Positions 27,713 to 36,077 of a stretch of 50,341 bases of DNA are shown piece after piece (within the stretch, counting starts at the first letter, position 1; each line of letters begins with the position of its first letter). This DNA is from Anaerolineae bacterium (GTDB lineage Bacteria > Chloroflexota > Anaerolineae > B4-G1 > SLSP01): assembly GCA_034432995.1 (NCBI GenBank), contig DAOUAY010000060.1:1-50341 (forward strand). Reading direction: 5' to 3'. The position numbers and the translations under genes are program-made. A model generated the notes under the pieces. That model made no database searches, was not told the origin of the DNA, and was given only the letters and a program-made list of their open reading frames with translations.

Positions 27713-28972
27713 TTAATCCCCGTCGCCGAGATAGTCCGTCGACCAGTGCAAGCGTGGACACAGCACGCCTGGCTCTTTGCCATACCAGGCGAATTTTCGT
27801 TCGGCGGTATCGATCACTTCGAAGCCGATCACGCCGTCCTGTTGATAGGTAGCGGCTGTACTGCCGCGCACAAGGAACAATCCGGCGTGGTGAAAACCAC
27901 TGTTCAACAAACTGCCGGGGATATGGCAAACGCTGCGGAACAGGCCGGCTGGCGGGCGATGGTGCATGACCGGGTCTGCCACAGGGCCGGTCGTAAAAGC
28001 GACAATGCCCTGGTCGTTGAAAATATGCAGCGTGGCGTGAAGATGCTCTTCGGGCAGCAGGTTCCAGTATTCGACCTCGATGCGCAGCGGGGTCTGCATC
28101 GTAATCACGTCGCCTGGGACGCCATCCTCGGGCCGCACAGCGATGCGGCGCAACCGGACCGTTTCATTGCCAGGCGCGGTCTCGATGTCCGGCCAGATGC
28201 GCTCACTGGCGCCGTCTTCTCCCAGGCCCGCGCGCAAGTAAGCCGTGACGATCTCATTCACCCCGCCCTGGGCCTTCAACCGGCCGGCGTCTATCCAGAA
28301 CACGCGCTGGCACAACGTCTGCACTGCCACCATGTTGTGACTGACAAACAACACTGTCCGCCCTTGCTTGGCAACATCGCTCATCTTTCCCAGGCACTTT
28401 TTCTGGAAAGCAGCGTCGCCCACGGCCAACACTTCATCCACCAGCAAGATCTCCGGCTCCAGGTGGGCCGCCACGGCGAAGGCCAGCCGCACGTACATCC
28501 CGCTGGAATAGCGCTTCACCGGTGTATCCAGGAACCGCTCGATCTCCGAGAAGGCCACGATCTCGTCGAACTTGCGGTCGATTTCGACGCGCTTCATCCC
28601 CAGGATTGCGCCATTCAAGTAAATATTCTCGCGCCCTGTAAGTTCGGGATGAAAGCCCGTGCCCACTTCAAGCAGGCTCCCCACTCGTCCGCGGGTTTCG
28701 GCAAAGCCTGTCGTTGGCTCTGTGATGCGCGACAGGATTTTGAGCAATGTGGACTTTCCGGCGCCGTTCCGCCCGATCACGCCCACGACCTCACCACGCT
28801 CCACCTCAAAGGAGACATCCTTGAGCGCCCAAAGGATTTCATTCTCCCTAGACCGTCCATCACGCCGGAAGCGGGCCACCAGCGCGTCGCGCAACGTGTC
28901 GTGCCGCTCCTGCGCCGCGCCGATGCGATACAGCTTGCCAATGTTCTCGATTTTGATTGCGATATCGTTCAT
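27713..28972 (-). CDS. Polysaccharide ABC exporter ATP-binding protein (Wzt/TagH-like) with C-terminal beta-sandwich extension
   Basis: ATG at 28972 (MNDIAIKIENIGKLY). Walker A GVIGRNGAGKSTLLKIL, signature YSSGMYVRLAFA, Walker B ILLVDEVLAVGD. About 180 aa extra at the C-terminus, as in the Wzt carbohydrate-binding domain. Confidence 0.85.
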   Translation of the reverse strand: MNDIAIKIENIGKLYRIGAAQERHDTLRDALVARFRRDGRSRENEILWALKDVSFEVERGEVVGVIGRNGAGKSTLLKILSRITEPTTGFAETRGRVGSLLEVGTGFHPELTGRENIYLNGAILGMKRVEIDRKFDEIVAFSEIERFLDTPVKRYSSGMYVRLAFAVAAHLEPEILLVDEVLAVGDAAFQKKCLGKMSDVAKQGRTVLFVSHNMVAVQTLCQRVFWIDAGRLKAQGGVNEIVTAYLRAGLGEDGASERIWPDIETAPGNETVRLRRIAVRPEDGVPGDVITMQTPLRIEVEYWNLLPEEHLHATLHIFNDQGIVAFTTGPVADPVMHHRPPAGLFRSVCHIPGSLLNSGFHHAGLFLVRGSTAATYQQDGVIGFEVIDTAERKFAWYGKEPGVLCPRLHWSTDYLGDGD

Positions 28973-29007
28973 CGGAAAGTTTTCGTTCCTGGATGCGCCA
29001 GCGTCGA

Positions 29008-29853
29008 TCAAACAATGTCGGCAAAAGTGCGCTCGGTGTCGCGGAAAAAGATCAAACCGCTGATCAACGTCACAAGCGAGATCACAACCGAAAGCCCTAT
29101 CAGCGGAGCCGACAGGTAATCTCCCACTACCGCCTGGCCTAAAACCGCCCAGCGGAAGCCCTCTACCACCCCCGTCATCGGATTGAGGCTCAATAAAAAG
29201 CGGTAACGCTCCGGCAGCAGGTTGGAACCGTACACGACTGGCGTCACGTACATCCATATCTGAATGAGGAAAGGCAGCAGGTAGTTCACATCACGATACT
29301 TGACGTTAAGCGCCGAAAGCCACAGTCCAAAACCCAGCGCCGTGAGCATAGCCAACAGGATCAACGCTGGCAGCACCAACAGCGCGGGGGTCGGCGCAAT
29401 CCCATAGACAACCATCAACACGATGAGCGCGCCAAAGGCAATGGCGAAGTCCACGAGGCTAGAAAAGACACCTGAAAGCGGGATCACCAGCCGTGGGAAA
29501 TAGATCTTGGTGACCAGGTTGGCGCTGTTGACCACACTGGTCGAAGAGCGGGTGAGCGCCTGCGAGAAGTAATTCCAGGGCAGCAAGCCGGCCAAAGCAA
29601 AGACCGGGTAAGGCGCGTCGCCGGAGTCCACTTGCAGCAAGATCCCGAAGAGCACGGTGAAGATAACCATGCTCACTAACGGCTGGAGCACTACCCACAA
29701 CACACCGAGCAACGTCTGTTTGTAACGCACCTTGACGTCGCGCCACGCGAGGAAATAAAGCAGCTCACGATAGGTCCACACGTCGGTCAGGCCCAAACCC
29801 AGACCGCGCCGGTCTTCGCTCGATTTTATCCACGTTATCTTGGTCGCTTCCAT
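29008..29853 (-). CDS. ABC-2 type polysaccharide exporter permease (Wzm/TagG-like)
   Basis: 281 aa with six hydrophobic segments. YRELLYFLAWRDVKVRYKQTLLGVLWVVLQPL is typical of ABC-2 permeases. Lies directly upstream of the ATPase gene. Confidence 0.85.
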   Translation of the reverse strand: MEATKITWIKSSEDRRGLGLGLTDVWTYRELLYFLAWRDVKVRYKQTLLGVLWVVLQPLVSMVIFTVLFGILLQVDSGDAPYPVFALAGLLPWNYFSQALTRSSTSVVNSANLVTKIYFPRLVIPLSGVFSSLVDFAIAFGALIVLMVVYGIAPTPALLVLPALILLAMLTALGFGLWLSALNVKYRDVNYLLPFLIQIWMYVTPVVYGSNLLPERYRFLLSLNPMTGVVEGFRWAVLGQAVVGDYLSAPLIGLSVVISLVTLISGLIFFRDTERTFADIV

Positions 29854-29857
29854 TTGA

Positions 29858-31198
29858 TCAAGACAGATATACGTAGTCGATCAGATTGTACCCGCTGCCC
29901 CACGGGTTGCCGCGCTCATAGGTTCCAAGTTTCACACTATTTGCATATACCAGGTAATCATCTGCGGCATCATCAAGTTGTAATTCAGCATCAAGGAAGT
30001 CGCACATCACGCAGTCTATCGCTACTGGGTCAGTGGCAAATAAAAGACTATCAGGCGCCCGATTGCCAAATGTAACCCACGGCTTTGCTTTACTATAATT
30101 ATTCTCCCAGTTGCCAAACAGCGCATCCCCGATCACCAACACAGTCTTGCCGGCGATATTGGCGTTACGGTAGATATCCACCAGAGGGTTGTAAAACACG
30201 CCGCCGTAGTAGCGTTCCCAAGTATACACCCAATCGTGCAAAGGGTAGCAGTTCTCGATTGAGCCGAAGTGATTCTTGAAAGCCAGTGTCACACCGGTTC
30301 CCCAGTGACGCTTCACAATGGGGATGTCGATGACGTAGGTAGCATTGACCAACACATCCGTAACCTTGATCCCCGACGGGGGCGTCGCAATACCCGGCGG
30401 GTTGCGCCAGACGACGTTCGCCGAGGGATTGGCGCTGGTGTAGCCGGCTTTTTCGTTGCAAAAAGAGTCAAAGTAGCGCACGCCCGGATACAGACAGCCA
30501 GCTTTGAACCGTGTGTTGATGTTTCGCGGTCCCCAGTCAGGATAAGCTTGACCGGTGGCGTCATAGATCCAAATATCACTCGTCTGGAAATTGGGGTAAG
30601 CCGCAAACAACCCCTTGATGAGAGCATTGATCGGGTGAATCAGCGCGTCAAGCTCCAGGTTCGTACTGTTGCAGGTCTGGTAGTTATTATTGAAGTTCAC
30701 CTTGATAGCAATACCTTTACCCGGCGCGTATCCCGGCACCAGCGTCTGCCAGGCCTGGGCCAGTGACGAGGCATTGGTCAGCGCCTTCACACCCCGCTCC
30801 ACCATCGTATCCACCCGCGCCTGATTGACGTAGTTGCCGTAATAGGTGTTTCCATAATTCCACGACGTCACACCGATATCACGGACATGCACGACACGGG
30901 AACCCACCGATGATGAGGTGGGCGTAACCGCAGGCGTGGCAGTCGCTGTTGACGTCTTCGTCAGAGTTGCAGTTGGCGTTGGAGTCTTGGTCAAAGTTGC
31001 AATTGGCGTGTTGGTAGGCGTCGGGATCACAGCGCTGGATTCCCCGCCCATAACTAGCGGCAGATACGCGCGAGGTTCCAGATCATCCGCGGCCCGTCCC
31101 GCAAGCGGCTTACAACCGGTCAACGCGCCTATGCCGGCTTTACCTGCTACCAGGGCGAGTAGTCTCAACAATTCTCGTCTTGACAATTTTTTACGCAT
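29858..31198 (-). CDS. TAT-signal lipoprotein with Thr/Pro-rich linker and DUF362-like domain
   Basis: MRKKLSRRELLRLLALVAGKAGIGALTGC (twin-arginine plus lipobox Cys). Linker TPTNTPIATLTKTPTPTATLTKTSTATATPAVTPTSSS. C-terminal part (AIKVNFNN..., VTLAFKNHFGS) resembles DUF362. Confidence 0.6.
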   Translation of the reverse strand: MRKKLSRRELLRLLALVAGKAGIGALTGCKPLAGRAADDLEPRAYLPLVMGGESSAVIPTPTNTPIATLTKTPTPTATLTKTSTATATPAVTPTSSSVGSRVVHVRDIGVTSWNYGNTYYGNYVNQARVDTMVERGVKALTNASSLAQAWQTLVPGYAPGKGIAIKVNFNNNYQTCNSTNLELDALIHPINALIKGLFAAYPNFQTSDIWIYDATGQAYPDWGPRNINTRFKAGCLYPGVRYFDSFCNEKAGYTSANPSANVVWRNPPGIATPPSGIKVTDVLVNATYVIDIPIVKRHWGTGVTLAFKNHFGSIENCYPLHDWVYTWERYYGGVFYNPLVDIYRNANIAGKTVLVIGDALFGNWENNYSKAKPWVTFGNRAPDSLLFATDPVAIDCVMCDFLDAELQLDDAADDYLVYANSVKLGTYERGNPWGSGYNLIDYVYLS

Positions 31199-31234
31199 TT
31201 GTTCCCTCCAGGATCCCTCATGTCTCGCAAAATA

Positions 31235-32269
31235 CTAAGGAGAAGAGGCTACCGAATAGTCAAACAACGCATCCAGGGAAACCCCTAAGCGCTCCGCCAC
31301 CAACGTGACCAACTCCGACGATTTGGGAATCTCCAACCGGCGCAACGCCTCGTCGCGTTCCATATACCCTTCCCGCACCAATCCCGCCAGTTCCATCGCG
31401 TAGGCATGATAGCCCGTCTGCTGGACGTGGACCTGGTTGGCAAACGCATTGAGCAGGCAATTGGTCGAGTTCGGGTCGGTATCGTCGGGCTTCTTCCAAC
31501 CAAGTTGCTGGATGACCGCCACCGCCTCCTCTTCGCGCCAGTCGAGGAAAACGAGCGGCGAGACGTTGACCGGCATCCGTGACGCCGCCTCGAAGTGGCG
31601 CGCTTCCGGAAAGTAGGCAGCGACCTGCTCGCCCATCCGGGTGAACGGCGAAGCTGCGGCCTCCACCATCGCTTGCAGCATTTTACGAATGGGACGTAAA
31701 AACGCCGACGGCAACGGAATCTGGCCCGGCGACCAACCGTAGACCATCATCGGGATATCCTTTTCCAGGGCGAGTCGCAGGGCCAAACCCTTCGCCAGTC
31801 CCATACAGGTGTTACAAATGCCGCTGGCGCGCTCCAGCGCCTTAGGCGGATACATCCCCGGCGCTACAGATGCCGCGAAAACCCGCTGTAAAAATGGGAA
31901 AGCCGGCCGGATGATGATGTGGTCGATGCTCAAATTGTCTGCCACGGTGCGCATGTTGTCCAGCGCCGCCGGCGAGACGAACCCATTGTCGAACGTAAAG
32001 GCTAACATCCGCAAACCGTACACATGACGCATCAACCAGAGCGTGTACGTGCTGTCCTTACCGCCACTCCAGCTCATCAAGCCATGATAGCCTGACTCGG
32101 CGCGCACCTCAGCCGCAAATTGTTCGAAACGCGCGCGTAACTGGGCTTTCTGTTCGGCACGATGTTCGTGGCTTGGCGCGTGACGGCAGTACTGGCAGAC
32201 GCCTTCCTCATCGAACTGAATGCCTGGAAAAGTCTCCGGCAACACACAGCGAGTACAAAGCTTCATCAA
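31235..32269 (-). CDS. PP-loop N-acetyl sugar amidotransferase-like protein (WbpG/WbuX-like)
   Basis: N-terminal CTRCVLPETFPGIQFDEEGVCQYC zinc-ribbon-like motif and PP-loop SGGKDSTYTL. ATGA overlap with the upstream gene. Confidence 0.65.
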   Translation of the reverse strand: MMKLCTRCVLPETFPGIQFDEEGVCQYCRHAPSHEHRAEQKAQLRARFEQFAAEVRAESGYHGLMSWSGGKDSTYTLWLMRHVYGLRMLAFTFDNGFVSPAALDNMRTVADNLSIDHIIIRPAFPFLQRVFAASVAPGMYPPKALERASGICNTCMGLAKGLALRLALEKDIPMMVYGWSPGQIPLPSAFLRPIRKMLQAMVEAAASPFTRMGEQVAAYFPEARHFEAASRMPVNVSPLVFLDWREEEAVAVIQQLGWKKPDDTDPNSTNCLLNAFANQVHVQQTGYHAYAMELAGLVREGYMERDEALRRLEIPKSSELVTLVAERLGVSLDALFDYSVASSP

Positions 32270-34236
32270 TGTCCCCCCTCTTTTCGACAGATGCGCACCG
32301 GCTCGACCTCAGGTACAGACCGATCGAAGCCCTCGATGAACTGCCGGTATAAAAGTTGCGTGGATAGCGCACCCACCAGGGCCATGTCCTCGAATTCGCT
32401 GAATTCGCCACGCACCTTGTATTTGCGCAGCAAACGCTCGATTGGCTCCGGCGCAAAGACCCCGCTGCTGCGGATACCCTCAGGCGACAGCAAGTCCGTC
32501 ACATAGTCCAACGGTTGCTCGAGGAACGCTTTGTGGATCGGCGCGCGGTAAGGTTGTTTGTAGCGTTCGACGATCTCCGGCGGCAAGAAGCCGGCCGCGC
32601 TTTGTTTGAGAATATGCTTCTCCCGCAGCCCGCGCATCTTGAGGTGCGGCGGAAGCCGTCCGGCAAACTCCACCACCCGATAATCGAGGAAGGGAAACCG
32701 GCCCTCGATAGAATTGGCCGCCATCACCCGGTCGCCCTGTGAAGACAGTAAGTAGGCGGACATAAAGGTCGTGACTTCGAGGAACTGCGCCTGCGCCAAC
32801 GGGCTGCGACCCTGCAAAATCCCGTCGAAGTTCGCCAATGCCTCGTCCACCGGATCGTACGCATTTAGCTGGAAATCTGCGGAGAGGAAATTCCGCATCC
32901 GGGCCGTGCTGTTCCAGCGCATCAGGTGCGAGTAAGCGAGGCGGTCGGTCTCGGTCAAGCCCTTGCCGAAGAACGCCGCCAGGTAAGCATCGCCGCCGCG
33001 CGTCACGTTGGCGATGTAGGGATACAGGCGGCGCAACAGCAATGGGCGCAACGTGGACTCGGGTTCGCGCGCCCAGAAACGCCTGATCTTGTCTTCCTTG
33101 TAGATGTCGTAGCCGCCGAGGAATTCGTCGGACCCCTCGCCCGTGAGCACAACCTTGATGCCGTTATCTCGCACCAGCTTGGAGAGCAGATACATCGGCA
33201 CGGGCGAAGTGCGCAAAATGGGAACCTCGGTGTGCCAGATGACCTCAGGCAGCACCCGGCCAATGTCCGCATCTTCGCAGTATGTTCTGCGGTGATCGGT
33301 CCCCAGAAACGCCGTCGCCAACTCCTGATATTTGCTCTCGTCGTAGGCGGCGTTCGCAAAGCCAATCGAGAAGGTACAGAGCGATTCCGGCGTATGCTCA
33401 CGAATCAGGCCGGCGATGTACGTGGAATCGAGGCCGCCACTCAGATAGCTGCCCACCGTCACGTCAGCGCGGAGCCGCAAGCGCGTGGCGTCAGATAACA
33501 ACGCGCGCAGTTGCTCCGCCGCTTCACCTTCTGATAATTTGGCCTCTTTGCCTTCAGGCGGAAATTCGAGGCTCCAATATTGTGAGACCGTGCGCCCGGC
33601 CTTTGTCACCAGCATATAGTGACCCGGCCGCAGTTCCTCGATGCCCTCGAAGACCGTGCGCGGCGCGAGAGGCGCCCAGAAGGTAAAGGTCTGCGCCAGC
33701 GCATAGGGGTCCAGGCGCGCCGGGATGCGTTCATCCAACAGAATCGCCTTGATCTCTGACCCAAACACCAATCCCTGAGGCAACGGCGCGTAGAAAACAG
33801 GACGGACGCCCAACCGGTCACGCGCCAGGAACAATGTCTCTTGCCTGGTGTCCCAGATCGCAATGGCGAACTGCCCGTTGAAGTGTTGGAGACATCCCGG
33901 ACCGAGTTCCTCGTAGAGATGTAGGATGACCTCGGTATCGGACTGCGTGGAGAAGCGATGACCACGTTGCGCGAGGTCTGCGCGCAACTCAACGTAATTG
34001 AAGATCTCGCCGTTGAATACGATCCACAGCGCCCCGTCCTCATTGCAGATCGGTTGTTGCCCGGTGGTCAGGTCGATGATGCTGAGGCGCGCGCTGCCCA
34101 TCCCCAGTTTGTCGTCCACGTAGACGCCGAACTCGTCGGGGCCGCGGTGGCGGATAGAGGTCAACATCCGGCGCAAAAGGCCCACATCGGGTCGCTGCGC
34201 CCCACTCCAATCAAGACAGCCCACGATACCACACAT
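32266..34236 (-). CDS. Asparagine synthase family glutamine amidotransferase (AsnB-like)
   Basis: MCGIVG Ntn-nucleophile start and PP-loop SGGLDSTYIAG. 656 aa. Confidence 0.85.
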   Translation of the reverse strand: MCGIVGCLDWSGAQRPDVGLLRRMLTSIRHRGPDEFGVYVDDKLGMGSARLSIIDLTTGQQPICNEDGALWIVFNGEIFNYVELRADLAQRGHRFSTQSDTEVILHLYEELGPGCLQHFNGQFAIAIWDTRQETLFLARDRLGVRPVFYAPLPQGLVFGSEIKAILLDERIPARLDPYALAQTFTFWAPLAPRTVFEGIEELRPGHYMLVTKAGRTVSQYWSLEFPPEGKEAKLSEGEAAEQLRALLSDATRLRLRADVTVGSYLSGGLDSTYIAGLIREHTPESLCTFSIGFANAAYDESKYQELATAFLGTDHRRTYCEDADIGRVLPEVIWHTEVPILRTSPVPMYLLSKLVRDNGIKVVLTGEGSDEFLGGYDIYKEDKIRRFWAREPESTLRPLLLRRLYPYIANVTRGGDAYLAAFFGKGLTETDRLAYSHLMRWNSTARMRNFLSADFQLNAYDPVDEALANFDGILQGRSPLAQAQFLEVTTFMSAYLLSSQGDRVMAANSIEGRFPFLDYRVVEFAGRLPPHLKMRGLREKHILKQSAAGFLPPEIVERYKQPYRAPIHKAFLEQPLDYVTDLLSPEGIRSSGVFAPEPIERLLRKYKVRGEFSEFEDMALVGALSTQLLYRQFIEGFDRSVPEVEPVRICRKEGGH

Positions 34237-34242
34237 GGTTAA

Positions 34243-35778
34243 CTACCTCAGATCACGCTTCTGTATTTTGCCCGATTCCGTCCGGGGAAAAGACGCGCGG
34301 AATTCGACCTGCTTCGGCATCGCGAAGTCCTCGAGATACTGCGCGCAATGACGGAGCACATCACGCTCGCTCAGGTTGGCGTCTGGCGCGCAAACCACAA
34401 ACGCCTTGACCGCCTCGCCCAACAGCGCATCCGGCGCACCGATGACCGCCGCTTCCACGACGCCCGGTAGACGGTAGAGCACGCTTTCCACTTCTTTGGG
34501 CGCCACTTTTTCGCCGCGGGTTTTGATGATGTCATCTTTGCGCGCCACAAAGTAGAGGAAGCCTTCGTCATCCATCTTGAAAAGGTCCCCGGTGTAAAAG
34601 AACCGCTCAGCGGGATAACGGCCTGGCCGGTAACGATCCGCCGTGGTCTTTGGGTCTTGCCAATAGCCCTGCATCACGTGCGAGCCGCGCACCACCAACT
34701 CGCCCACCTCGCCCGGCCCCACGCGCCGCCCGGCCTCGTCCTCGATCCACACCTCGGTGCCGGGAATGGCGATCCCCACCGAACCGGGCCGGCGGTCGAG
34801 TTCCTCGGGCGGCAGATAGAGCGTGCGCTTGCACTCCGTCAACCCGTACATCGAATAGAGTTTGGCCCAGGGAAAAGCGTCGCGCAAGCGCTGGACATGT
34901 TCGACGGGCAGAGCCGCCGCTGTATTGGTCAAATAACGCAGCGATGAAAGATCGAACCGGCTCAAATCCATCTGCAGGAGCATGGCAAAGAGCGTGGGCA
35001 CGCCGGGCAGCCCGGTCACGCGCTCTTCTTCGATCCGCTTGAGGGTCGCGGCGGGGTAGACGAAGGAACGCTCCAACACCAGCGTGCCGCCAAACTTGAA
35101 CGTCATCAGCAGTTGGTACAACCCGTAGTCGAAGGAAAGCGGCAGCACGTTGATGACGATGTCATCCGGCACATTTTCCAGATATGTGATGATCGAGGAA
35201 GCAGCAAACGCGACGTTGGCGTGGGTGGACATCACCCCTTTGGGATCGCCGGTGCTGCCAGACGTGTAAATCAGGCAGGCCAGGTCAACGTCGATACACA
35301 GCTTCACTGGAGCGTCCGGTGAAGCTGCGGCTAACAGCGCGGGGAATGACTGCATAGTGCTATAGTGCGCGGCTCCCGCATCGGCGTCCTGCTCACAGAG
35401 CACGCCAAGCATCAAGGAGGGTACAGACGCCATCATCTCGGCAACCACTTCAGCCTGCCGTCCCGGCGCGAAGAGGGCTTTCGCCTGGCAATTGCTCAGG
35501 ACATAGGCTAGTTTATCCGGCTTCGTCGTCGTATTGACCACTACGAAGGTCGCGCCGGCTTTGAGGATGCCAAAAATCGCCAGCACCGCCTCGACGGAGT
35601 TCGGCAACCAGACGGCCACGCGATCCCCACGCTGCGCGCCGGCCGCCAGCAGCCCGTTGGCGACTCGATTGGCGCCCTCGTCAACTTGCCGGTAGGTGAA
35701 CCGCTGACCCGCGCAAATCAAGGCCACCTTATCGGGGGCGCGTTTGGCGCTGTTCTCCAGAAATTCATGCACTAACAT
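34243..35778 (-). CDS. AMP-forming acyl-CoA/acyl-carrier ligase (ANL superfamily)
   Basis: ATG at 35778 (MLVHEFLENSAKRAPDKVAL) overlaps the ACP stop by 7 nt (ATGTTAG). Motifs LIYTSGSTGDPKGV, YTGDLF and GKIQKRDL. Confidence 0.85.
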   Translation of the reverse strand: MLVHEFLENSAKRAPDKVALICAGQRFTYRQVDEGANRVANGLLAAGAQRGDRVAVWLPNSVEAVLAIFGILKAGATFVVVNTTTKPDKLAYVLSNCQAKALFAPGRQAEVVAEMMASVPSLMLGVLCEQDADAGAAHYSTMQSFPALLAAASPDAPVKLCIDVDLACLIYTSGSTGDPKGVMSTHANVAFAASSIITYLENVPDDIVINVLPLSFDYGLYQLLMTFKFGGTLVLERSFVYPAATLKRIEEERVTGLPGVPTLFAMLLQMDLSRFDLSSLRYLTNTAAALPVEHVQRLRDAFPWAKLYSMYGLTECKRTLYLPPEELDRRPGSVGIAIPGTEVWIEDEAGRRVGPGEVGELVVRGSHVMQGYWQDPKTTADRYRPGRYPAERFFYTGDLFKMDDEGFLYFVARKDDIIKTRGEKVAPKEVESVLYRLPGVVEAAVIGAPDALLGEAVKAFVVCAPDANLSERDVLRHCAQYLEDFAMPKQVEFRASFPRTESGKIQKRDLR

Positions 35779-36038
35779 GGGATACCTTGTTTCGCACAAA
35801 TGTAGCGCGTCAGGCGCTCCACAGAGTCGAAGTTATCGGGGACGACCTCCTCATCTTTCACCTCGACATCGAAAGTTTCCTCTACAAATAACAGGAGTTC
35901 TAGGATGCCGGTGGAATCTACAATGCCGTCTTCAAGAAAGGAAGCAGTGTTGTGTAGCTTTCCTTCATCTTTGGTGTAAAGGAAATTCTCCAGGATGTAG
36001 GTGCGAATTTGTGTTTCTATTGATAGTGTTGTAGACAT
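35772..36038 (-). CDS. Acyl/peptidyl carrier protein
   Basis: 88 aa. GIVDSTGILELLLFVEETF carries the phosphopantetheine serine context (DSxG). Markedly AT-richer than flanking genes. Confidence 0.8.
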   Translation of the reverse strand: MSTTLSIETQIRTYILENFLYTKDEGKLHNTASFLEDGIVDSTGILELLLFVEETFDVEVKDEEVVPDNFDSVERLTRYICAKQGIPC

Positions 36039-36077
36039 CGATCTCTCCCGTATACTTTGACTGTCTCGACAATTAAC

